Positions 27,546 through 36,318 of a stretch of DNA of 39,225 nt are shown here, piece after piece. The notes beneath the pieces are model-generated. The model saw only the letters and a program-made list of their open reading frames with translations. It ran no database searches and was not told where the DNA came from. Both the position numbers and the translations under genes were made by a program. Position 1 is the stretch's first letter. The number at the start of each line of letters is the position of its first letter. The DNA comes from an uncultured Alphaproteobacteria bacterium (lineage in GTDB: Bacteria; Pseudomonadota; Alphaproteobacteria; CAAGCB01; CAG-977). The stretch is taken from assembly GCA_944391535.1 (NCBI GenBank), contig CALXTY010000003.1:1-39225 (forward strand). Direction: 5' to 3'.

Positions 27546-28250
27546 CTATTTCTTTTGCCGAGCCAAATGATATTGGGTCACCGTAAATCCCAACGGATTG
27601 CGCAAACGGGAAAACATAACGGCATTATCCGCATAGTATCGAAACTGAATGGTCGCAATCCAATGTTCTATCACCGGAGTACTGACCGAAGTTTCCATCT
27701 TTCGCGTATCAAAAAATATCTGCCAACTGTTCCAGCCTTCTTTGATAATCCGTTTAATATCCGTTTCCACCATCACGGTCGGAGCCCGCTCCAAATCAGG
27801 AAAATATCGCCCTCGTTCACGTTCCACGAATGCCTCATACACCGCCGGAGACGACATATAACGCACAACGCCTCCCGGACCGATCATACGCCGCATTTCC
27901 GGCGCATTCCGCCAAATATTATTTCTGGCCGTCACATATTGGCGCACAAACATTTCAGCCAACACATCCATCGCCGGCATATCCGGATGCAACGGTTCAA
28001 AATAACTTAAGTTCTCCGAATACGTCGGAGCAGTCACCAACACCGGAAAAACATCCGCTTCTTTACTGATATGAATTAAAGACAACGCCAAAACAGCAAC
28101 CGACGTCATCAAAAAAAAGCATATAAAAGCAAAAATTCGCGACAACCACATAAACGTGGTGATACGTTTACCGTCCGCCGGCGGCATTCCCAAAGTCGCA
28201 GCTTTCTTGATATTTTCGCGAACAGACGCATTTGACATACTTTTTTCCAT
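27546..28250 (-). CDS. virB8: VirB8-family T4SS protein (upstream paralog)
   Basis: Single TM helix, EMFVRQYVTAR, VRYMSSPAVY, RLRNPLGFTVTQY (NPxG motif). Confidence 0.82.
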   Translation of the reverse strand: MEKSMSNASVRENIKKAATLGMPPADGKRITTFMWLSRIFAFICFFLMTSVAVLALSLIHISKEADVFPVLVTAPTYSENLSYFEPLHPDMPAMDVLAEMFVRQYVTARNNIWRNAPEMRRMIGPGGVVRYMSSPAVYEAFVERERGRYFPDLERAPTVMVETDIKRIIKEGWNSWQIFFDTRKMETSVSTPVIEHWIATIQFRYYADNAVMFSRLRNPLGFTVTQYHLARQKK

Positions 28251-28310
28251 TCTTTAATACTGCCTCTATTTCGTTAAAAATACCTTTCCGAATATTATAA
28301 TGTAAAGAAA

Positions 28311-28344
28311 TAAAACAAAAAGAGAGCCTGTCAACGGCTCTCTT
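28311..28344 (-). terminator. Intrinsic terminator after the esterase gene, upstream of the virB locus
   Basis: Stem AAGAGAGCC/GGCTCTCTT (28320-28328, 28336-28344), 7-nt loop containing the stop codon, followed on the minus strand by TTTGTTTT. Confidence 0.65.
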
Positions 28345-29056
28345 CCCTTTCAGAAAAGCTATTCCTTAAAGCGTCGCATAAGTATTGTAACGCCGTTTCG
28401 TCTATCCCGTGCATTAAATATGGGACAATATGACTGTCCACCGCCAAACCGGCCGATTGCAGATTGCTTTTATTCAACTCGAAAACTGTTAACGGAACAA
28501 CGTTGTCAGCATCTCCGTGAATCAAGGTGACAGGCGGCTTTGAAACGATCTTATCAGGAGAAAACGTCTGACCGTCGTACATCACCGCAACCGCCGACAT
28601 TCCGACACTGATTGCAAGTTTTTCAGAAAAACGCAACGCCGTATAAACCGCCATCAACCCGCCCTGAGAAAAACCGCAAAGAGCCGCTTTGTCGGCAGAA
28701 ACGCCACTGTGTTCCAAAACAGCGCGCATATAAGGATCAGTGACACCGCGCGCAATTTCCGCCAATGGCATTAACGAGGTCAAATATCTTTGCGCCGCCG
28801 CGCTGTCGGACAGCAATAAAGGATTATAATCATTCAAAGAAAACCACTGATAACCGCCGAAAAAACCCATTTCTTCCGGCGCATCGGGGAAATAAAAAGC
28901 AGCCTTTGGAAAAAAACGACGTAAAACGGAACTGATATTAAACAGATCCTGACCGTCCGCTCCGTACCCGTGAAAAAAAACGGCCGCCTGTTCCGTTTCG
29001 CCTTCCGGCAATAAAGCGTAAGTGCGCAAAGGCAAATCCGTTAAAATCTGTTTCAT
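28331..29056 (-). CDS. Phospholipase/carboxylesterase (alpha/beta hydrolase)
   Basis: FHGYGADG, FPDAP, GFSQGG nucleophile elbow, IHGDADNVVP, HGI. Confidence 0.88.
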   Translation of the reverse strand: MKQILTDLPLRTYALLPEGETEQAAVFFHGYGADGQDLFNISSVLRRFFPKAAFYFPDAPEEMGFFGGYQWFSLNDYNPLLLSDSAAAQRYLTSLMPLAEIARGVTDPYMRAVLEHSGVSADKAALCGFSQGGLMAVYTALRFSEKLAISVGMSAVAVMYDGQTFSPDKIVSKPPVTLIHGDADNVVPLTVFELNKSNLQSAGLAVDSHIVPYLMHGIDETALQYLCDALRNSFSEREESR

Positions 29057-30435
29057 GATATTTTAACCTCCTGCTTCATAAACGCCGGCATGGAAGCTCC
29101 AAAAGCCTTAATCTTTGACGGATCCGGAAAGATCGACTGTTTAAATGTTTTTTGTCCTTTCCGTTCTTTTTTCTTCAACGACGCAACAGTCTGATCGGCT
29201 CTTTTCACTTTTTCTTTTTTGACATCGGTCTCGTTTTCCTTCAGCTTGATGGACGGTTTTGGCCGCTTCGAGCTTTTTCGCTTTTTATTCTTAGAAATCG
29301 CCGGAGGATCCATCTGTATTGAAAAACGCGACATTTCTTCTATCTTTTGCCCCGTCATCTTTTCAATCGCCGCCAGTGCCTTAAAATCCGACGACGTGAT
29401 CAGCATAAATGCTCTGCCCTTACGACCCGCGCGCCCCGTTCGACCGATCCGGTGAATATAGTCTTCCGGATTGACGGGAACATCAAAATTAAACACATGA
29501 GAAACATCGGGTAAATCCAATCCTCTGGCCGCCACATCGGAACAAACCAACAAATGTGTCTTGCCTTCCCGAAAGGCGGTCAGCGTTTCCGTTCTCTGCC
29601 CTTGCGCCATGTCCCCGTGTAACGCCGCAACAGAAAAGCCGTGTTTCGTAAAAGATTTAAACAAAATATCAACATCTTTTTTACGATTGCAAAAAATCAT
29701 CGCGTTCTGGACTTCTTCCTCTCGGATCAAATGACGCAAAACCTCCCGCTTCCCGCGTTCGTTCGTCTTAACGATAAATTGTTCCACCGTGTCCGCCGTC
29801 GACATCGCCGGATCAACACGTATTTCAACGGGGAATTTCATAAACTTTTTAGCCAACGCCTTTATTTCCGGCAACATCGTGGCCGAAAACAGCAACGTCT
29901 GACGCATCATCGGCAGTTTTGCGACAATCTTTTCAACATCGGGAATAAAGCCCATATCCAACATTCTGTCCGCTTCGTCCAAAACAAAAACCTGAACGTC
30001 GCGCAACAAAATCCTGCCGCGATCACACAAATCTATCATTCGTCCGGGGGTCGCAATCAAAACATCGACACCGCGCGATAAAATCTTTTGCTGTTCAACC
30101 ATTGATTCCCCGCCGATCAGCAATGCCATCGAAAGCTTTTGATACTTCCCGTACTTTTGAAAACATTCGGATATTTGCGTCGCCAATTCACGCGTCGGAG
30201 ACAAAATCAAGGTTCTCGGCATTAAAGCTTTCGCCCGACCGTTGGACAAAATATCAATCATCGGCAATGTAAATGCGGCAGTCTTCCCTGTACCAGTCTG
30301 AGCAATCCCCATAACATCGTTACGTTTTAAAATCTCTGGAATGGCCTTTTCCTGTATCGGCGTCGGCGTTTCATATCCGACTTCAGCAATCGCCCGAAGC
30401 GTGTTTTCATTTAATCCCAAATCGCAAAATTTCAT
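29053..30435 (-). CDS. DEAD-box ATP-dependent RNA helicase (RhlE-like)
   Basis: Q motif PTPIQ, AQTGTGKT, PTRELA, TPGR, DEAD, SAT, ARGLD, HRIGRTGRAG; basic C-terminal tail. Confidence 0.95.
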   Translation of the reverse strand: MKFCDLGLNENTLRAIAEVGYETPTPIQEKAIPEILKRNDVMGIAQTGTGKTAAFTLPMIDILSNGRAKALMPRTLILSPTRELATQISECFQKYGKYQKLSMALLIGGESMVEQQKILSRGVDVLIATPGRMIDLCDRGRILLRDVQVFVLDEADRMLDMGFIPDVEKIVAKLPMMRQTLLFSATMLPEIKALAKKFMKFPVEIRVDPAMSTADTVEQFIVKTNERGKREVLRHLIREEEVQNAMIFCNRKKDVDILFKSFTKHGFSVAALHGDMAQGQRTETLTAFREGKTHLLVCSDVAARGLDLPDVSHVFNFDVPVNPEDYIHRIGRTGRAGRKGRAFMLITSSDFKALAAIEKMTGQKIEEMSRFSIQMDPPAISKNKKRKSSKRPKPSIKLKENETDVKKEKVKRADQTVASLKKKERKGQKTFKQSIFPDPSKIKAFGASMPAFMKQEVKIS

Positions 30436-30508
30436 TTTTCTGTTTTTATTCCGTTAAAAGTGTGGCACGAATATAAAAATGTTATATACCGAAAAGAAAG
30501 GCAGAACA

Positions 30509-31057
30509 ATGTTAATCAGCAAATCGGATTCATGTCTTTTAATTATAGACGTTCAAGAACGTTTGGCTCCGGCCGTCAATGATCCGCGACGAGTGATAGA
30601 CGGATGTTCCCGTCTGTTAAAGGGAGCCGATATTTTAAATGTGCCCGTCATTATTACGGAACAATACCCCAAGGGACTGGGAAGTTCCATTTTTGAAATT
30701 AAGGAATCCGCGCCTGAAAGCGCGATTTATTTCCAAAAAACAAGTCTGTCTGCCGTTTGCGAAGAAGGATTTATGGAAAAAATCCGCGCCATCGGAAAAA
30801 AACAAATCGTCATCGCCGGCATTGAAGAACATATTTGTGTTTTACAAACCGCTGTCGAATTAAAAGAAAACGGATTTGACGTTTTCATTGTCACCGACGC
30901 TTCGGCCAGCAGAAGTGTTGAAAACGAAAAGGCGGCCTTACGACGTTTCAAACAAGAAAACATTTACCTGACAAGCATTGAAATGGTGTTGTTCGAGTGG
31001 TTGAGAAAAGCCGGTTCACCGGAATTTAAAGATATACAAAACCGCTTAATTCGATAA
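30509..31057 (+). CDS. Isochorismatase-family hydrolase (YcaC/ISOC-like)
   Basis: LLIIDVQERL, TEQYPKGLG, AGIEEHICVLQT, EMVLFEWL. Confidence 0.88.
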   Translation: MLISKSDSCLLIIDVQERLAPAVNDPRRVIDGCSRLLKGADILNVPVIITEQYPKGLGSSIFEIKESAPESAIYFQKTSLSAVCEEGFMEKIRAIGKKQIVIAGIEEHICVLQTAVELKENGFDVFIVTDASASRSVENEKAALRRFKQENIYLTSIEMVLFEWLRKAGSPEFKDIQNRLIR

Positions 31058-31068
31058 GGAAGCTTGTC

Positions 31069-31788
31069 ATGAAACTGCCCGTCGTTTTATTGCCGGCACT
31101 ATTGTGCAATGCCGGATTATTTATTCATCAGATTAAAAAGTTTGAAGATAAAGTCGACTTTTTTGTGCCGGATCTTGGAACGGACACGACTGTCGGCGAT
31201 ACGGCGCGTCGCATTTTAAAGCAGGCGCCAAAGCATTTTGTTTTAGGCGGAATATCCATGGGCGGATATGTCGCATTTGAAATTTTAAGACAGGCGCCAA
31301 ATCGCGTCATGGGATTGATTTTAATGGACACGAACGCGCATCAGGATCCGGAAATTGCCCGAAATAAAAGATCCAAAATGATCGAAACAGCTCAAAAAAA
31401 GGGTGTTGAAGCCGTCATTGAATCGGCATTGTTGAATATTATTGCGAAAAAACACCGGAATAATGACGTTATCCGTCATGTTCTAACACATATGGCAAAA
31501 ACGACAGGCGTCGAAAAATATGTCAACGAACAAAAAATCATTATGTCACGTCCGGATTCTTCCGATTTGTTAAAAAACATCTCCTGCCCCGTTTTGGTCA
31601 TGGGCGGCGAAGAAGATGCTTTGTCTTCCCCTGACGACTTGGATAAAATGACGGCGCAAATACCGACGGCGATCCACGCCATTATCGCCGACAGCGGGCA
31701 TTTGCCGCCTTTGGAAAATCCCGCCGCCGTCAATGCGGCGTGGAATATTTTTTTTGAAAAAGCTTTTTCCATTGCAAAATCACCATGA
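31069..31788 (+). CDS. Alpha/beta fold hydrolase
   Basis: LLPALLC, GISMGG, MSRPDS, GEEDAL, SGHLPPLENP; RBS AAGGA. Confidence 0.88.
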   Translation: MKLPVVLLPALLCNAGLFIHQIKKFEDKVDFFVPDLGTDTTVGDTARRILKQAPKHFVLGGISMGGYVAFEILRQAPNRVMGLILMDTNAHQDPEIARNKRSKMIETAQKKGVEAVIESALLNIIAKKHRNNDVIRHVLTHMAKTTGVEKYVNEQKIIMSRPDSSDLLKNISCPVLVMGGEEDALSSPDDLDKMTAQIPTAIHAIIADSGHLPPLENPAAVNAAWNIFFEKAFSIAKSP

Positions 31789-33428
31789 AACCGATTTTTA
31801 AATTGTCTTCTTTGACAAATTTCTTTTTTCATCTCTTATTTAAAGAAAAAATATCTTTTGTCGGACGAATCCTTTTTACGTCGATGTGTCTGACTTTTAT
31901 TTTCTACCTTTATTTCAAAACAGACATTCTTCCCGAAAAAGTCTATATTTCCGCCGTCTGTTTAATTACCGCCTGCCTTTTTTTCGGAAAAACGGCTTAT
32001 TTGATGATCCATATTCCTTTGTTCCTTCTCAGCGTTATCGATATACATTTATTTAAAACATACTCTTTATCCATGTTCAGCGCAGGGGATTGGTTGTACG
32101 CTTTAATTCCGGACACAAATAAAACGGAAATATCGGAATATTGGTCAAAAATCGCCGTCTTTGAAAAAACGGCTCTTTTCACCGGTCTTTTATTGTCTTT
32201 ATGCTGTTTATTCTATACACCGACATTTAAAATAAAAAAATCAGTTTATTTCCTGATTTTTATGATCTTTCCGTTTAGCTATGTCGAACATATCACTCCC
32301 GTCGTTTATTACCATTTCTTCGACAACGAAGACAATATCTTGCAGAAATACAGACATTTCCGCTTTGATCCCGAAAAAAAAAGACAAACCGCGCAAAATG
32401 TCATCGTTTTAATCGGAGAATCCCACCGTTATCCGGAATTTCACTTTTCTTTTCAAAAGTATGTAAAGAGCTTTAAACATTTATATGAATTCAACAACCT
32501 GATTTCCATGCACCCCGGAACGATGAATTCCGTCCCGATGATTCTCTCGAGAAAAAAATTTACCGATCAAACAAAGTATTTTTCTGAAAAATCTTTGTTC
32601 TCCCTGTTTGAAGAAGCCGGATACGACACTTATTTTCTGCATTACACCGACAACAGCAAAGAACGCAATCATTTGAGTTTCATTTATAACGAAACGCAGA
32701 ACTTTGTTAATTATCACCCTGAAACCGAAGGATTGCACGACAGCAGGATCCGTCCCGAATTAAGTCGGATTTTGAAAAAAGACAAAAACAAAAAATTAAT
32801 CGTCATTAAAATGATGGGAGTCCATGAAAACTTTGAAAATCGTTATCCACCCGCCTACGACACGCGCAAGCCTTCTTTGCAGTATGTCACGCCTGAAAAA
32901 AACAAAAGCTTTCCTGATGAATTAAAACGGAAAGCAATTAATTTTTTCCTGTCTTTCAAAGCCGCTCGACAACGTCAAAAAGAAAACAGGGAACTTATTT
33001 TGAACACCTACCAAAATGCCATTGATTATTCTGCGAACATTGTTGCTGAAATAATGGATTTTATAAGGAAACAAACCGATCCGTCTTTACTTCTTTTCAG
33101 TTCGGATCACGGGTTTTGCCTTTATGACAAAGGGTTTTTGCATTTACCCCCAAACTGTCAAAACGCTTTTCATATTCCGGCAATGATTTATTTAAACGCG
33201 TCTTTGGCAAAAGAAAGCGATCCGGAAAAATTAAAAAATCTGTCTTGCAATTTAAATCAGCCTTTAACGCAAGAATACTTGTTTGAAACGGTCGTTTCTT
33301 TAGCCGGCATTGCTTATCCGTCGGCGCAAAAAGAATATGATTTGACGGCCGACTGTAAGAATCTGAAGACAAAAAGACCCGTTGAAACGCTTAAGCGCGA
33401 TCACCTGTATTATTACGAAGACCTTTGA
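31785..33428 (+). CDS. Phosphoethanolamine transferase-like membrane sulfatase-fold protein
   Basis: Several N-terminal TM helices; VIVLIGESHR, GTMNSVP (Thr nucleophile), MMGVH, YQNAIDY, SSDHG. Confidence 0.75.
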   Translation: MKPIFKLSSLTNFFFHLLFKEKISFVGRILFTSMCLTFIFYLYFKTDILPEKVYISAVCLITACLFFGKTAYLMIHIPLFLLSVIDIHLFKTYSLSMFSAGDWLYALIPDTNKTEISEYWSKIAVFEKTALFTGLLLSLCCLFYTPTFKIKKSVYFLIFMIFPFSYVEHITPVVYYHFFDNEDNILQKYRHFRFDPEKKRQTAQNVIVLIGESHRYPEFHFSFQKYVKSFKHLYEFNNLISMHPGTMNSVPMILSRKKFTDQTKYFSEKSLFSLFEEAGYDTYFLHYTDNSKERNHLSFIYNETQNFVNYHPETEGLHDSRIRPELSRILKKDKNKKLIVIKMMGVHENFENRYPPAYDTRKPSLQYVTPEKNKSFPDELKRKAINFFLSFKAARQRQKENRELILNTYQNAIDYSANIVAEIMDFIRKQTDPSLLLFSSDHGFCLYDKGFLHLPPNCQNAFHIPAMIYLNASLAKESDPEKLKNLSCNLNQPLTQEYLFETVVSLAGIAYPSAQKEYDLTADCKNLKTKRPVETLKRDHLYYYEDL

Positions 33429-34700
33429 TTACCATTGCGGTAACTTAGGTTGACGTTCCGAAGAACAAGGAACCCCTTCATTTAAGATTTTCGGAATGAA
33501 CGGAGCCCGCAAACGATAGGCGTCCGGCATTTTAGATCCTAATAACGGTCGGAGATACATACGGAACGCATCGGTAACGTCATTTCCTGCGGAAGTGATA
33601 AATTCATCAGGCATTGTTCTGGTTTTTGCCGCGACCTGATCCAACGGGATCAAGTCATAATCGCACATATAAAAGCCGATCCGCCGGATCACGACGGAAC
33701 CGTCGGATTTGCCCCACATGGCGAATTGCACGGCTTTTTCTCCGACCTCACGGGCTTCACGCTGATCGACGTCGGAAACGCATCCGACAAAGGAACGTTG
33801 CATATATCCCAGAGTATCTGCGCGAACACGTTGAATACCCACTCTTTCTCTAAGAACCTGAGCCAGACAATCCCCTAAAGCTCCGGATCCGGAAAGTTGC
33901 ACATTGCCGTGAGCATCACGTTCCTGACATTTCGTCAAGTTCGTAATAATCGGCCGTCCCGAAGTGTCATGAATGCCTTCGCTGACAGCGACAACGCAAC
34001 GATCGTATTTTTCATAAACACGTCTGACATCTTGAGCAAAAACATCAATATCAAAGGTGCGTTCGGGCATATAAATCAGATGAGGCCCGTCGTCGGGGAA
34101 TTTTTTCCCCATCGCCGCGGCCGCGGTCAAAAATCCGGCATGACGCCCCATGACTACGGCGATGACGGTTCCGCCTAAAGCCCAACTGTCACGATTTAAT
34201 CCGACAAAAGCCTGAGAAACATAACGCGCCGCAGACGGATAGCCGGGACAATGATCGTTATGCATTAAATCATTATCAATCGTCTTGGGAATGTGGATGC
34301 ATCTGAGCTGATAATTCGCTTTTTTGGCTTCTTCGCTGATAATGCGGGTCGTATCGGCGGAATCATTGCCTCCGATATACAAAAAGTAACGAATATCATG
34401 CGCCTGCATGACCTTTAACATTTGTTGGCAATACTTCAAATCCGGCTTGTCACGAGTTGTTCCTAACGCCGAAGACGGCGTATTGGCCACCATTTCAAGA
34501 TTATGCGATGTTTCGCTGGACAAATTAACCAAGTCTTCATTAACGATGCCTCGCACGCCGTGAACGGCGCCGTATACCAAATCAACACGATTGAATTTTC
34601 GCGCTTCCAAAACAACACCGACCAGCGATTGGTTAATGACTGCCGTCGGACCGCCGCCCTGCGCGACAAGAAGTTTTCCTTTTATCTTTTCGTACGGCAT
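33429..34700 (-). CDS. pfp: 6-phosphofructokinase, probably pyrophosphate-dependent
   Basis: AQGGGPTAVIN, IGGNDS, PKTIDNDL, MGRHAG, VSEG, GYMQR. The Asp in GGND and Lys in PKTIDND are the PPi-type signature. Start ATG 34700 after AAGGAG. Confidence 0.82.
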   Translation of the reverse strand: MPYEKIKGKLLVAQGGGPTAVINQSLVGVVLEARKFNRVDLVYGAVHGVRGIVNEDLVNLSSETSHNLEMVANTPSSALGTTRDKPDLKYCQQMLKVMQAHDIRYFLYIGGNDSADTTRIISEEAKKANYQLRCIHIPKTIDNDLMHNDHCPGYPSAARYVSQAFVGLNRDSWALGGTVIAVVMGRHAGFLTAAAAMGKKFPDDGPHLIYMPERTFDIDVFAQDVRRVYEKYDRCVVAVSEGIHDTSGRPIITNLTKCQERDAHGNVQLSGSGALGDCLAQVLRERVGIQRVRADTLGYMQRSFVGCVSDVDQREAREVGEKAVQFAMWGKSDGSVVIRRIGFYMCDYDLIPLDQVAAKTRTMPDEFITSAGNDVTDAFRMYLRPLLGSKMPDAYRLRAPFIPKILNEGVPCSSERQPKLPQW

Positions 34701-34875
34701 AAAAGTTCTCCTTAAAATATATTCTTTCTTCCTAGTGTAAACGAGGCGTAAAACAATCGTCAAACATTGATTGAAAATTTGCCGTTTTCAAATGCGAATC
34801 GTTAGTATTTTATGAACTTTTATCGACTAAGCTATTAAGCGGATATCTTTATTTTACTTACCAAAGAGATCAAAA

Positions 34876-35307
34876 ATGCGTTTTTTTTTATTGTTTCTGA
34901 TATTCCTCTCAAGCTCTTTTAACGCCTTTGCCCAATCAAGCAAAGACACGGAAAATATCGGTACGCTGGCCGGCGTCGTTTTAGCTTGCGGCGCTTACCG
35001 TCAACTCTATCAATTCGAAGAAATCCTCAGTCGATACTTTAGCAATACTGCTCCGAACCAAGCGGCCGAAGACGCCTCTTTGCGTCTGTATGCATCGGCA
35101 AAGGCCAACAGTTATGTCCTTCAACGCAATAAAAAAAACAAACGCGATTGTCCGCAAACAATCGCCGATTTTTCAAAAATGGACATCTTTAATTTCGAAC
35201 TTTATTCTGACGGATCCATAAAAACGCCCGACGGAAAATTCATCTTTCCCCGCGGTCAAAATAAGTTAGCTGCCGGCGCTCAAAGAACTTATCCGAAAAA
35301 CCGCTGA
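34876..35307 (+). CDS. Hypothetical exported protein
   Basis: Signal peptide ending AFA; two Cys; fills the gap between flanking genes. Confidence 0.7.
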   Translation: MRFFLLFLIFLSSSFNAFAQSSKDTENIGTLAGVVLACGAYRQLYQFEEILSRYFSNTAPNQAAEDASLRLYASAKANSYVLQRNKKNKRDCPQTIADFSKMDIFNFELYSDGSIKTPDGKFIFPRGQNKLAAGAQRTYPKNR

Positions 35308-35316
35308 GCAATATAT

Positions 35317-36318
35317 TTATTCTTTCTCGGGAATATTGATTAAATCCGCATTCTGCATCAAACTCAGCGGCGGATATATGCCGATTTTCTGAGCCGCCGT
35401 CATGTTCACCACCAACAAAGCGCGCTGTGGAGATTCTATCGGAATGTCATAAGCCTGAATTTTATCTTTTAACATTTTAAACGCTTTTCTTCCTGCCATC
35501 TGTCCGACCGTATAATAGCGATGAACAAAAGCGAACAAAGCGTTGTCATGTCTGACAGCTCCTTCTGAAGCCGAAAAAACGGGAATTGAAAAAGCTGTCG
35601 CCGCATCTATCAAAATCTTTCGATTGGTATTCATAAAAGCATCCGGCCCCAAATAAATCAAATCCGTTTTCGCTTCGGCCAATTCCGAAACCAGTCCGGT
35701 AATCGTTTTCGCGTCCGGTTTTTTCTTTTTATTTAAAGGAACGGGTTTTTCCAAAAGATCGAAATTCATTAAAGAAGCATAATGTTTCAGCTGTTGAACG
35801 GCGATTTGCGCGTTTGTCTCCGTAGGATTATAAATTATCCCCAATCGTTTGAAGGGAATAATTTGCCTTGCGTATTGCAATTGATCCGACAAAGCGACCA
35901 AATGCATGACCCCCGTAATATTGCGACCTTGTGAAACCAGTGAAGAAACAAGCCCGCTTTCAACCGGCTGAGACACAACCATAAACAAAGCCGGAACGGC
36001 TCCGTATTTCGAAACAGGGCCATTGTTTTCCGTCCCCAACATTTCCAATGTCGCCAAAGTCCCCCATGTCACCAACAAATCCGGTGAAGTTTCTTTCACC
36101 TCTTCAATTAAAGCGGATATTTGATCCGTCTTTTTATCCAGGTTTCTCTGAACGATCTCGACATTTAAACGAGATGACTTTAAATAATCCAAAAAACCGC
36201 GACAAGCGTCTTCGCAACCGTTCCATAAAACCATATATACTTTTAACGGCGAAGCGGCTTCGGCGAATAAAAAAGGAAACAAGAAAAAAAACAAAAACAC
36301 ACTAAAAAATTTTTTCAC
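35317..36318 (-). CDS. ABC-type substrate-binding protein (ABC_sub_bind family)
   Basis: Signal peptide; PDLLVTWGT, PVESGLVSSL...RNITG, LGIIYNPTE, VNMTAAQKIG. Likely GTG start at 36318. Confidence 0.85.
   Translation of the reverse strand: MKKFFSVFLFFFLFPFLFAEAASPLKVYMVLWNGCEDACRGFLDYLKSSRLNVEIVQRNLDKKTDQISALIEEVKETSPDLLVTWGTLATLEMLGTENNGPVSKYGAVPALFMVVSQPVESGLVSSLVSQGRNITGVMHLVALSDQLQYARQIIPFKRLGIIYNPTETNAQIAVQQLKHYASLMNFDLLEKPVPLNKKKKPDAKTITGLVSELAEAKTDLIYLGPDAFMNTNRKILIDAATAFSIPVFSASEGAVRHDNALFAFVHRYYTVGQMAGRKAFKMLKDKIQAYDIPIESPQRALLVVNMTAAQKIGIYPPLSLMQNADLINIPEKE

Noticed and set aside
17002-28250. Conjugative element or ICE interpretation of the virB genes
   Set aside because: No relaxase, coupling protein, integrase, att/tRNA site or cargo in the window, and the flanks are housekeeping genes. 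Cannot be fully excluded without the whole genome.
32374-32382. A9 tract in the pEtN transferase gene as a phase-variation switch
   Set aside because: A/T runs of 7-10 nt are common throughout the window and the frame is intact; no specific support.
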